A stretch of DNA of 62,132 bases, counting the filler. It is 8 parts of 8 records of this genome, joined end to end, with 100 filler letters (N's around TTAATTAATTAA, not from the genome) between each part and the next. Parts side by side here need not be neighbours in the genome. Positions count along the whole stretch, not along the records: positions 19,067 to 28,969 come from SRR7504441_5618; positions 29,070 to 37,410 come from SRR7504441_5620; 6 more parts are not named here. One strand, 5' to 3'. The notes below the pieces were generated by a model. It did not search any database. It worked only from the letters and a program-made list of their open reading frames with translations, and was not told the DNA's origin. Both the position numbers and the translations under genes were made by a program. Shown in pieces: positions 22,001 to 31,515 of the stretch (position 1 is the stretch's first letter; each line of letters begins with the position of its first letter).

Positions 22001-23497
22001 CTAAAGGAGGAGATCCAGCGAAAGACCACCGAGATTTACGAGGTGCGGCAGTATCTGACGCAAGTTCAGCAAGAACTGCACGACTTCCAGGTCAGGCAAG
22101 CTAACGAGGACTACGAAGGCCAGGTGAGCCAGCTGGTGCTCCAAGTGAGCGAAATGGGCCAATCGATGCGCGTGCTGCACGAGAAGTGCGCCGAGTATGA
22201 GACGAGGTCGGACCGGATGCGTGTGTCGAGAGACCGGAGCGAAAAGAGGCTCAACAAGACCCACAGTGAGATCAAGATGTACGTGGACCGGTGCACAGAG
22301 TTGCAGGCTGATCTGGGCAAGCTCAGAGAGCAGTTGGCCTTGAGCCCAGATGAACAAGTGACCCAGCTGCAGCAGCAGCTTGAAGCGACCGAGGCTAGGG
22401 CGAGCCGCGAGCAGGCCGAGAATGCCAAGCAGGTGAAGGATACTGAGAAGCGGGCAGCGCTGATGCAGCAGGCGAGAGATATGGCCGAGGTCGAACTCAA
22501 CCAACAGTTGGCTGCGACCGAGAAAGTGGAGGCCGCCGCAGAGGAGTACAGACAAGATATCGACAGGCTCAAGGAGATGCTGGCAGGCGGAGATCCCGGG
22601 GCGTGGAAGATCCATGAAGACATGGAAACTGCAATCCAACTCAAACTGGCGGCGGTCGAGGAATCGAGCCGGCTACGCGAAACACGCACCGTGGCAGAGG
22701 AGAGGGTGCATCAGTTGGAAGAGCAGTTGGAGGCGCTCGAGGGGAAGTACCAGGCGCTCGGGAAGGACCTCCGCCCAGAGATCCAGACGCTCCAGAAGCG
22801 GTGTGAGCTGGCTGATGCTGAAGCGAAGCGGCTGGAGGCCGAGCTGGCTGAGGCTGACTCACGGCTCGAGCCGTTGAGCGACAAGGTGGATGCGGTCGAG
22901 GAGGATAGGGCCGAGCTGCGTGAACAGGTGGCAGCGCTTCGGATGCAGCTGCGGGCGCAGGTGCTCGGGAGGGCGCTGCGCGTGCTCCCGGAGAGGGAGC
23001 GGCTCAAGCAGAGTGTGAGCTCCGACCTGCTGAGCACGCTGATGCTCGAGGACGAGCGCCAGTGGCGGATCGAGGCTGAAGAGTCCCAGTCCGGGCTGGC
23101 AGCTGAGCGCGAAGCTGCGCACAAGGCTGCGCTCGAACAGATGGCAAAGGTGGTCAAGGAGCAGTCTGAGCAGATGGCTGCTAAGGATGCCGAACTGACG
23201 GCACTGCATGAAGCGAGTAGCGCAGCTCATGCTCAGATAGCCAAGGCAGCTGAGGTGGCACCGGTACGAGGCGACACAGGGGGCAATGCAGTGGGCACGC
23301 CAGCTGCGGGGCCGGCTGGTGGGCAAGCGGGCGCTCGGCCACCGGAGACAGCCTCGGCTCGCGAATGGCAGCTCGAGAGGCGGCTGGAGGAGGCATACTC
23401 GCGAATTGCGCTACTGGAGGCCAAAATACAATCACAGCAACGCCAAGTGGTTAGCATGCAGTTTGCAGGCGTGGACCGACTCAGCCGGCGCCGCTAA
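19067..23497 (+). CDS. Long coiled-coil protein (>1,470 aa, probably 5'-truncated), cytoskeletal/centrosomal-type
   Basis: Single 4.4-kb ORF of E/L/R/A-rich heptads, two CxxC motifs, TAA stop at 23495-23497. Confidence 0.8.
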   Translation, partial: DRWRDRMCALVWSTKSQDASELQRHVSEILDWMAQAERGEAAAIGSVHELEAERESLLGSAIVMARDEHSAHSTETAALELQHDAIVKLEAELEQAREEVGRIWPELVASRERLASAEAGRQAAEAEAAESRGELGLREAALDGLRKDLDRLRSSGGAGHGALSDVLLAAETENCRLLERQLESAELELDKCREESSEQIELLQLELNQMAATANTDRSEARTQRQSDAVSRLLKEMVHEGRARAKAGLAEWRLKAELSGPRARPRDRLGGLTEEHHTLLSAVASHGARAVERLSQETANALAQVNTLEGAEASERLQAVEERFAGLAGCCGQLELWSGRVPDWAEQGPAERLELVEEGLAGLEGLTDQLWRWAWPTYDGRLAHMAQKRAAEKAELELSASLQELELKQQMNAREQDAASATELQEHLQAVTVQLSARGAAGLLAGWENTQRQLEICLSIWRQNLYMDILTVPECPHCVRAERRADMFRVKWLRDRERLDELSVRPPAVEDGCTCASCGEVPGRADTLALLLAEGDRVELELRDELDAAKDEYARQEEERAQLMAGCQRALEELDSDEFVQSLQFQLEKSREALDRSVLAAESCKQAADRMRDLRDAAEMREHLSWKDQVWLRAQLDAARQAEVGPVGGSDDSQMWMAEELARLREEADKLSHKVEELRLDRSRLEERALVVATLHRSEIEALEAKLEALGPGPEDLEASHDAMSAKCAGLEVKEVQLRGWLSAAEDRLARAMLESEYHHEESQAQREQADGLRSAVELEGDKQVAELSKELRRVSDSAGEMRRRLTEATARVEFMAGLKDEAEARSEQMARELDDQRSHVDELKQHIKQAQEALTEDQKNKHLVAELQEKDLNLDKLRRERLELRQSKVKKAMLLEEAESKLEALTREKIAQNEDVAALEQKVERLQSVVMSMDNPESTTKILNEQVEDQSAELAEMTKKLRKAKEQKKTAYDVRDKLKEEIQRKTTEIYEVRQYLTQVQQELHDFQVRQANEDYEGQVSQLVLQVSEMGQSMRVLHEKCAEYETRSDRMRVSRDRSEKRLNKTHSEIKMYVDRCTELQADLGKLREQLALSPDEQVTQLQQQLEATEARASREQAENAKQVKDTEKRAALMQQARDMAEVELNQQLAATEKVEAAAEEYRQDIDRLKEMLAGGDPGAWKIHEDMETAIQLKLAAVEESSRLRETRTVAEERVHQLEEQLEALEGKYQALGKDLRPEIQTLQKRCELADAEAKRLEAELAEADSRLEPLSDKVDAVEEDRAELREQVAALRMQLRAQVLGRALRVLPERERLKQSVSSDLLSTLMLEDERQWRIEAEESQSGLAAEREAAHKAALEQMAKVVKEQSEQMAAKDAELTALHEASSAAHAQIAKAAEVAPVRGDTGGNAVGTPAAGPAGGQAGARPPETASAREWQLERRLEEAYSRIALLEAKIQSQQRQVVSMQFAGVDRLSRRR

Positions 23498-23829
23498 GGT
23501 AATCGAGACGTAATCGAGACGCAGGTTTAGCGCATGTTTGATTAAAGTAAAATGACATTGTACAACGAGTTCATGATTGTATAATTGTATATAAGCTTTA
23601 ATATATGATTGTACAGACTACTTGTAAGACTACTGTAAGACTGCCTGTACAATCGTACGTACAAATATCGTACGTGCGAACGATATCGTACGTACATGTA
23701 CGAACTCATATTTAATCTCGTTTGAGCACGTGTAAAGCACGTGCGTGCACGCTTCATATAAGGATTGCATTTATACATAATGCCACTATACACGATCGAA
23801 CTCGTCGACCTAAACAATATTATCGGAGC

Positions 23830-24568
23830 TTAGTTCTCCTCCGGCTTGATATTGCGAGCCTCCCCTTGGAACCCTCTGCCGGCCAAGCCATCAGGTGGCG
23901 GCCGCCCGCCGATCGCACCCGCAGTTGATGAAGCTGGCCGCAAGCAGCGTCCTTGCCTCGAGCAGGAAAGTCATAAAGCCGGTGACGCGCTCCTGGTCCC
24001 AGCGCATGGTCTTGACGTGATCCTGGGCGTAACACTCGATCAGTGCCAGTAGATACGCGTCCTTGGCCGCGTTATGGCTGTCAGCGTCTCCGAACACGCC
24101 TGCTTTGTACAAAACTTGGGGCACCAGCTGCATCGATACGTCCAGGTCGAGAGCGCCATCCTTCAGCCCGTCGGCTTCGTCCAGGAGCTGAATCATCATC
24201 GCGGCGAGCTGACCGAACTGAGACGAAACCGCCTCGCTCGCCAAGGCTTGCTCGTATCTGCGATTCGGCGGTGAGCTCGGTGACAGCTGGTGGGCCGCGC
24301 TGGGGACCGGTCAGGCGGCACAGAGCAGCCAGCTAGGGGGCGGTGCTAGTGCCCAGAAGTCGGGCCGCAGGCGGGCCACAGGCGGGCCAGGCGGGTGGGG
24401 TTCGTACGCTGCGTCCGCCGGCTTTGTGAATTCGTCGCGTGCATCCTCCACGCCTCCGCGCGCCTCCTCATGTACCGCGTTGTGGAACGCAGCCTCGGCC
24501 TCCTTTGCCTTCTCGCTCAGCATGTCGCTCGGTGCCGGCCGAGCAGGAATGGGCGAATGGTCGGCCAT
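23830..24568 (-). CDS. Hypothetical helical protein; 3' part firm, 5' join uncertain
   Basis: ORF 24244-23891 plus GT-AG intron 23918-23876 ends in ...NCGGFQGEARNIKPEEN*. The upstream ORF 24568-24311 is in the same frame but separated by a TGA that needs an intron (candidate GC-AG 24352-24287). Confidence 0.45.
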
Positions 24569-25175
24569 GCTTTGTGGGTATTTCCAATTCCAACGGCAAT
24601 CGGCGGCACCTTCTCAGGCTTCTGGTCACTACGAGAGCGCATTGGCCCATCTCAACTACAGCTCGCTCGGCAGCTGCAATTCCGAGCATTACCGAGCATT
24701 TCTTAAAACTCATACTAACAATCAACTAGTTATGCACTACTAAGAACTCTCGTCTCAATACCGAGTTCCATGCCGAGTTCGTCAATATGGTACCTATAGA
24801 GTTAATTAATTCACGCGAGAATCGAGCATATACTCGATGTACGGTATAGATTCAGAGAGTTAAAGACGTTTATTGATATTATTGTATAGATTCACATTTG
24901 GGACCGACTCCGACTGCATACTAACCGCATACTTGTACGCTCGTAACAATTACGAATGATTCATTACAATGATGTAATAGTTATTCCGGTGAGTAGGTCT
25001 ACCTTCACTTATCTAGCAATCAGCTCGTTGCAAGCTCGCGCGTCCAGAGCGTTTATAGTCTTGCGTTTACATCGTTGGTCAGCCAACCGGTGTCAGCGAC
25101 GTTACATTGTTCGCTATTCATGATTGCATGTTATCGACGTGTCCCATGGCGGTATATATGAACTCAGAATAAGGT

Positions 25176-26240
25176 TCACGGGCTGCTGTCATGCTTGCAC
25201 ATGTATCCATCGGCAATACTGTTGTATAGTTTCTGGTTCAGATGTGCATTGTGAAAGCACACCGCGCCACCGCCTCGAGAGCGCTGAGTAGTCATTCTGT
25301 TGATATCGCCCACGCAGACGCCCGACGAGCGCCCGAGCATGACCGCCCACTTGGCGTGGTCGGCCCCCTCTGACCATGTAATGTTCTTGCCATCCTGCCC
25401 GAGTGCAACCATTGTCTTGACATCGAGCACCTCATGCGCATGCTTCGGCCGACAATACGAGCCCACTTTGCTCCCGCGCAGCCACGACTCCACGTACATA
25501 TCCACCCGGTACTCGTTGGCGATGGCCGCATACAGGTCGTCTCCCCATGCCGCATTCTTAGCAAAGCTCGTGAATTCTCCAAGCTGTACCCGGAACAGCT
25601 GGTCCTCTCGCTCCCACTCTCCAGCGAGCAGCTTGGCAAGGTTCGGGAGTCCGAGGGCAGACCGATCAAAGGTGCTCCTGTACACGAACGGCCGGCTGTG
25701 CAGCAGCTGCTTGGCGGCCGTGTCCACTTGCTTCGCCGACATCTTGACGCAAAGGAAAGTCTGCCCATATTTCATCTCAGTATCGGGGAACTTCACAGAC
25801 CGCCGGCCCGGGAAGTGTGGGGTGCTGTGCACCAGCCAGAAGCCGGCCCCGCCTTTGGAGACCGCCAGCACCCCCTTGGCGTGCCCATACACTGCTGAAG
25901 GTCGGTCCCCGTCCGGCTGGTCCGAGTACATTAAGAAACCGCCTGTCCGGCTGCTGTTGAGCAGCCGAGCAGCGCTGTCGTCGTCGAGTGGGCTGACCAG
26001 CCGAGACTCGAGCTGGGCCAGCGTCCGGGTGAGCGGGGCCTTGTCGTCCTGCAGCCCGAGCCCGGAGTCGGCCAAGTAGCCCGGAGCGAGCCCGGAGCTG
26101 GGGCCGTGCCAGGCGGCGGCGAGCGAGCCCGGGAACTTGTAGCCGAACCACCAGTCAACTGATTTGCCCCGGCTGTCCAGGCACTCGAATCCGAGCCCCC
26201 CGGGCACCAGCAGCGCGCACAGCAGCGCCGATTTGAGCAT
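25176..26240 (-). CDS. DNASE2: Deoxyribonuclease II (PLD-superfamily acid DNase) with a signal peptide
   Basis: Signal peptide MLKSALLCALLVPGGLG. Family motifs CLDSRGKSVDWWFGYK, GHAKG, GFWLVHSTPHFP, YGQTFLC, DHAKWAV, VCVGDINRMTTQRSRGGGAVC. Confidence 0.95.
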   Translation of the reverse strand: MLKSALLCALLVPGGLGFECLDSRGKSVDWWFGYKFPGSLAAAWHGPSSGLAPGYLADSGLGLQDDKAPLTRTLAQLESRLVSPLDDDSAARLLNSSRTGGFLMYSDQPDGDRPSAVYGHAKGVLAVSKGGAGFWLVHSTPHFPGRRSVKFPDTEMKYGQTFLCVKMSAKQVDTAAKQLLHSRPFVYRSTFDRSALGLPNLAKLLAGEWEREDQLFRVQLGEFTSFAKNAAWGDDLYAAIANEYRVDMYVESWLRGSKVGSYCRPKHAHEVLDVKTMVALGQDGKNITWSEGADHAKWAVMLGRSSGVCVGDINRMTTQRSRGGGAVCFHNAHLNQKLYNSIADGYMCKHDSSP

Positions 26241-26328
26241 TGTGTCCGTGCGCCTCTCCAAAAGTTGGGGCCGTGACAAGTTTCTCCAGGGTGCCGTTAT
26301 AGATCTACCGGTAAGTATCAAGTACGTT

Positions 26329-28065
26329 ATGCAATCTGCGGCGACGTGCGGTATGGCAGGGCATCGGATGGCTTTGGCAGATGCTCGCCCGTGCGTCGGG
26401 ATTGAGATCGGCGCCCGGTTTATCCGGGGCACAATCTTAGCCGAAGGCGCCGCATCCCGGTGGCAGCGGCCCACAGCAGTCACCTTCACTGACATTGGGG
26501 CGTTTGCCGGGGATGCCTCGAAGACGGTCCTGTGGGAGCTGCCGCGGGTGCGCGCGCTGGTCTGCGGGACCTGCGACCCATCGTGCGCGCTCCGGGCGCT
26601 CAGGGACAATCCGCACATTCTCGAGCGGATCGTCCGCTCTGCTGGAATGGCTGGGCATACAGTGGCCTCTCCCCGGGGGGTGCTTCAGCGGGAGTGCGGA
26701 CCCGAACCAGCGGCGCTGGAGCTACGATACCGGATGGAGGATCAGGCGGTCACCGGGGTCGAGCTGTATCAGCTGCTCGTCCGGGAGCTGTACGATGCAC
26801 TTGGGATCGACCAGTGCGGGTGCGGGGCCGTGGTGTGCGTGCCTGTTGACAGCAACGACGAGTTCAGGCAGAAGACCAGAGATGCGCTTTACGCGGCCGG
26901 CTCACCAGACCACATCAACGTGCTTCGGGTCATCAACGAGCCGACCGCAGTCTGCATCAGCCTTGGATTGGCTGAGGATAACGATTTGCATGCGGTGAGT
27001 ATCGCTGAAGTCGGTCCGGATTACCTGAGGACGACGCTGATCTTGATCGAGGACGGGATCTTCGAGGTGGTGTACCACCAAAACCATCCGATGCCCTGCC
27101 TCTCCGATCATACTCAATCGACTGAAGAATGCCACCAAGCAGTGTGTGAGTTCATTAAAGCTGACTGCACTGCCAGCCTTACGGCGTACGTCATAGGCTC
27201 TATCCCATTCTACGACGGCACGATCGGCTCGCTGGCCAAGCTTGTGGTGTACTCTTCGCTCGGGCAGGACGTCACAGGGCTAGTCGAGATGCTTCAGGCA
27301 GAATCAGGGGCCCCACCAGATACGGTGCTGGCAGCCGACCCTTTTTGTGTGTCGCGCGGCGCCGCAATTCAGGCCGGCATTCTTTCCAATCCGGGCGACG
27401 ACGATCTCATGTGTGTGTTTGATGTGACCCCCCTGGCTCGAGGGGTCGAGACAGCAGATGGGCTGATGCACGTTGTTTCAGCGCGCAACACTACCATTCC
27501 TCAGCGGATGAAGCACATATTCACCACCCGAGAGGATATGCAGACCAGTGTCCGAATCCGTGTAGTTGAAGGCCAGCGGGCTTTGATGCAGGATGGGAGG
27601 GAGCTGGGGAGGTTGGATTTGCACTTGACCCACCCTTGCCCGCGGGGGGTCTCTCGAATAGAAATCGAGTTTGACACGGACGCCAACGGCACCCTCAACG
27701 TCAGGGCAAGCGAGTTGACTGGGTCAGGCTCGGCGACGGTTGCCATTGAGGAGCAACGGATGAGTCTAGACGAGCTGGTCCAGATGATACAGGACGGCGA
27801 GGAGCATTACGAAGCGGATCAGAATGCGATAGCCGCAATCGAGTTGGACCTGGAAGCCAAGAGAGACGCGTGGAGGCAGATGACAGGCTGCCCGAGCTCC
27901 CACTTGCGGCTGGAGGGCCTGCCAGAGCTTGCGCCAGCCCCAGTGCTTAGTATCACGTCAACTCAGGATCAACACAATTTCCCAGGAGTAGCGCCAGCGG
28001 CCCCGGTGCTTAGTATCACGTCAACTGAGGATCAACCACATTGGACGCTCAATGAGATAGATTGA
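26329..28065 (+). CDS. Divergent Hsp70-family protein with a degenerate nucleotide-binding domain and a conserved substrate-binding domain (start 26329, 26353 or 26368)
   Basis: NVLRVINEPTA, VSRGAAIQAGIL, DVTPLARGVET, RNTTIP, IFTTREDMQTSVRIRVVEGQR, PRGVSRIEIEFDTDANGTLNV. Confidence 0.85.
   Translation: MQSAATCGMAGHRMALADARPCVGIEIGARFIRGTILAEGAASRWQRPTAVTFTDIGAFAGDASKTVLWELPRVRALVCGTCDPSCALRALRDNPHILERIVRSAGMAGHTVASPRGVLQRECGPEPAALELRYRMEDQAVTGVELYQLLVRELYDALGIDQCGCGAVVCVPVDSNDEFRQKTRDALYAAGSPDHINVLRVINEPTAVCISLGLAEDNDLHAVSIAEVGPDYLRTTLILIEDGIFEVVYHQNHPMPCLSDHTQSTEECHQAVCEFIKADCTASLTAYVIGSIPFYDGTIGSLAKLVVYSSLGQDVTGLVEMLQAESGAPPDTVLAADPFCVSRGAAIQAGILSNPGDDDLMCVFDVTPLARGVETADGLMHVVSARNTTIPQRMKHIFTTREDMQTSVRIRVVEGQRALMQDGRELGRLDLHLTHPCPRGVSRIEIEFDTDANGTLNVRASELTGSGSATVAIEEQRMSLDELVQMIQDGEEHYEADQNAIAAIELDLEAKRDAWRQMTGCPSSHLRLEGLPELAPAPVLSITSTQDQHNFPGVAPAAPVLSITSTEDQPHWTLNEID
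27931..28036 (+). repeat. Imperfect two-copy repeat in the Hsp70 C-terminal tail (about 60-nt period)
   Basis: CCCC(A/G)GTGCTTAGTATCACGTCAACT(C/G)AGGATCAAC occurs twice and encodes APVLSITST(Q/E)DQ twice. Confidence 0.9.
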
Positions 28066-28186
28066 TTGATTACATGCTAGTGTGCAAGCGCTAGCTTACT
28101 CGCACGTCACTCGTATCCCCTCGAGCTCTGCTTCACTGCTTGGTAACTGCTTGGCGTCTGCCGGCCAGCTTTGCCGTTACGTCTCA

Positions 28187-28747
28187 ATGGTGCTGCAGAG
28201 CTGGTGGCCGCTGACTGAGCGGGGGGCGCTCTCCTGCAGGCGGGGCAGAACCTGAACTGGCCGGATCGGCACACGGCACACTACCCGGGCCGACCCGCGG
28301 CCGGCGCGGCCTATCTCCCCGGGGCGCCCCTCTACTCCCCGGATATCGCGTTCGCAGCCTGGGTGCTTCGCTGTATCGCCAACCAGCCTGGGGCCGGCTC
28401 GGGGGGCGGCCGACTCCAGCAGGACGTCACCGCGCTGCAGATCGCCTCCACCCGGTACGGGGTGCCACCCGTGGTGGCCGACTATCGGCGGCGGCATGGC
28501 AGCTTCAAGCAGATCTTTCTGAGTGGTCCCAGGGCCAGACTGGGCCGGCTGACTGGGCCGGCAGGGAAGTTCGAGCCAATGCTGCGCTTGTGGGGGAACG
28601 ACGTGTTTGTTGCTGGGCCGAGGGAGCTCGGGGTGCTGGGCCCGCCGGCCGGGGCGGGAGGGGGGGCAGGCGGCGGTGTCGAGTGGGCTGCTGTCGCTGG
28701 AGGATTTCGAGGCCGTGCAGAACGCCCGGGCCGGCGGCGGGCTGTAG
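28187..28747 (+). CDS. Small hypothetical protein (about 144 aa); exons 28187-28189, 28240-28525, 28565-28632, 28670-28747
   Basis: Three GT-AG introns (50, 39, 37 nt) give M-AGQNLNWPD...YRRRHGSFKQIFLSGKFEPMLRLWGNDVFV...LLSLEDFEAVQNARAGGGL*. Confidence 0.55.
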
Positions 28748-28969
28748 CGACCGGCTGATTCGGTGTAATGCGCGTTGGGCGGTTAAACTTCGATTTAATC
28801 CGATGCCACTAACCTACAGGCTTCGCTTCTGCATCGATATCACGTCCCAATAGCGCTCGTCGCATTGTCGCCGGCCATTGGAGCCTATGTTTCATATACT
28901 TACATGTTACTTATGTACATGTAACCAAGTGCGATGACGATTCGATCATCTGACCACCGTGAATTGGGA

Positions 28970-29069
28970 NNNNNNNNNNNNNNNNNNNNNNNNNNNNNNN
29001 NNNNNNNNNNNNNTTAATTAATTAANNNNNNNNNNNNNNNNNNNNNNNNNNNNNNNNNNNNNNNNNNNN
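28970..29069. other. Synthetic contig linker
   Basis: Same 100-nt spacer. Confidence 0.98.
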
Positions 29070-31250
29070 CGATGCGGCAACAGGCGATTCCAGCAGCGGC
29101 AATACGCCAAGGTGGAGGCCCGGGAGACCGATGGCAAGGGGATGGGCCTCTATGCGCTCGAAGCGATCCCGGTGCGCCATCCAGTGCTAGAACATGCGAG
29201 CGCTGGTGGTGCAGCCCGAGCATTTTGTGATAGAGTACGTGGGAGAGGCCATATCGCTGGCCGCGTACAACCAGCGGTGCGGCTGGCCAGGCGGCGGCGG
29301 CTGAGCGGCGGCGGTAGGCTGAAAGGGCAGGACGATAAGCAGCTGTCGTGCTCGTATGTGATGCAGCTCGACAACAACACACTGCTAGACTCATCCCGGT
29401 GCAGCGCCCACAGCTGTGCAGCGGCGGTAAGCCCGTGTGTGCAGGAAGGGCAACATCACGCGGTTCATCAATCATTCGTGTGAGCCCAATTGTGAGACAC
29501 AGAAATGGCACGTAGCTGGCAAAATCTGCATCGGAATCTTCACAAAGGCAGGCAAAAGCATCCGAGAGGGTGGGCGCTTTTAGCCCTGGGCTGTGCGAGC
29601 CAGCCTGGACAGGGGAAGAGCTCACGTTTGACTATCAATTTGAACATTTTGGGGGCAAGCCCACCAAGTGTCGCTGCGGGGCTGCCAAGTAAGGGCTCTC
29701 TCGTTCTAGCGCCTGACCTGACCGATAGGTGTCGCGGCTGGCTGGGGGACGCGTCGGCGATAAATTCGATAGAGTGCTCGATCTGTAGACAGGGCGACCG
29801 GGAGGAAGACTTGATGATCTGCGATAGCTGTGGCATAGAGGCGCAGCATGCACGCTGCGCTGGTTTCAGCGAGGTGACGGTCGCTCGGACACTGTGCCCT
29901 CACTGGTCTGTTGTGCAGGTGCCGCTGGGCGATTGGTTCTGTCAGTTTTGCACGGCCGAGGGCAAGGCTGGTAGTGAGGCTGGTGGCACAGTCAAGAGTG
30001 CGGCCCCACGGGACGCACACAGTGGCACTGCTTGTGGCAATCTGAAGTGTAAGCACTGCGACCGGAGGTTTGGATGGGCCCCGGCGCTTGCCCAGCACCA
30101 GAAGACCTGCGTAGGCAAGCAGGCCAGTGCCAGAGTTCCTCGGCAGAGCAAGCCTCCGCCGTCAGCTGCCAGTGGGCAGGTCAGCAGGGCTAGACGACGG
30201 AGTGTAGAGCCGAGCGCACAGCCAGGCCTGGTGTGCGAAACTCCGAACAACGCGCCGGCCAGCATTGGGGGAATGACTGAGCGGCAGCAGCTGGCCTTTC
30301 TGATGAAGATGACAGCAGGGCCATTAGACAAGCAAGGGCCGACCGACGACGAGTCCACTCTCACTTCTCCGAACCCAGATACGCTGGACGAGACGATCAT
30401 CCGAGACCCGCAGCTTGTGGATTCAGACGGGCAGCGGCCGGCGGCCGTCAGCGGTGGGGCACCAGAGGTCGGCTCGCCGGCAAGCAGAACGGCTGCGGAG
30501 ATTGCGGCTGCGGCGGCTGCAGCTTGTTTCCAGCCGGCTGCGACACAGGCAGATGGGGAGCCTCAGGAGGAGGACGAATTCGACGATCTTGCAGCCCTGG
30601 GTGCGGCCCATCCAAAGCCGTCGGCGACGGCGCCCTCGGCAGCAGTGCTGGGCAAGCGAGGCGAATCGTGTGGATCCACTGGAAGGAGCTGCAGGAAGAG
30701 GCAGAAAAGGAAGCCAGCGGTACGCACAACTGGGGTTATAAATGGCGACAGCGACGACGAGGATCTGCCGTTGAGCTGCCTGAGAGATAAGAAAATGGCG
30801 GCCCAGACCCCAGTGGTTGCTTACACGGTGGTGACCGCCGCACCGGTGATTCCTGTGCCGGTGATCCCTGTGCTGCTTGGCCCATCTCCCGCTTCGAAGA
30901 AGGCTCAGAAAAAGGGAGGTGGTGGTCGAGGTGGTGGTCGGCCGCCCAACGACTCTAAAGGCGCTACAATGGTCTGGGACGAGGAACACAACCTGTATCG
31001 ATCCAAGACCAACCCTCACGAGACCAAAGTCAAAATGGGCAAGAAGTGGGTGGCTCAAGATCGTACAAACGGACAGGCAGGCCAACGCAAGAAAATGTCA
31101 GTTCAGCTGGCAGCCAGGCCTCCGTCACCGTGGGTCCGTGATAATGAAGAGGACGAAGAGGACGAAGAGGATGTCCCGCTCTCCACTCGCTCGAAACAAT
31201 TGAAAGCGAAGGATGGTCCAAGATCGCAAAGACTCCGTGTGGACTTATAG
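29070..31250 (+). CDS. SET2/ASH1/NSD-type histone lysine methyltransferase (end of AWS, SET, post-SET, PHD finger, C2HC/C2H2-type finger, disordered tail), 5'-truncated
   Basis: After removing six GT-AG introns (29172-29214, 29277-29317, 29399-29444, 29570-29612, 29689-29728, 29874-29918): [63 protein letters not shown]...ICDSC...HARC...[15 protein letters not shown]...LAQHQKTC. Confidence 0.92.
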
Positions 31251-31515
31251 GTGTGGGTTCGTAGCTAGTTCGTAGCTTCGTATCACTAAAATATTGCAAT
31301 GCGTATGACTATACATGTATGCGTGATCTATGCTTGATCCTAGCGTGAGTGCTATAGTGATCACACGCTCACGTACGCTCTGTCTAGGTTGACTTCATGA
31401 TCTGCAGTATACGTAGATTTGCAACAGTTCACAGGGAGCTCAAGACTGCACCTGGCTCAGAGAAAGGCGGGAGGACCCAGAGTGGGAGGCGCGACCCCGG
31501 ACTGGTCTTGGGACC

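Noticed and set aside
19067-23497. SMC/Rad50 or myosin assignment for the coiled-coil proteins
   Set aside because: No Walker A/B, ABC signature, hinge or motor motifs are visible. The similarity is compositional only.
26164-26618. Apparent long overlap of the DNase II and Hsp70 ORFs
   Set aside because: It arises from ORF-caller extension to non-ATG starts. The signal-peptide ATG (26240) and the Hsp70 starts (26329 or later) do not overlap.
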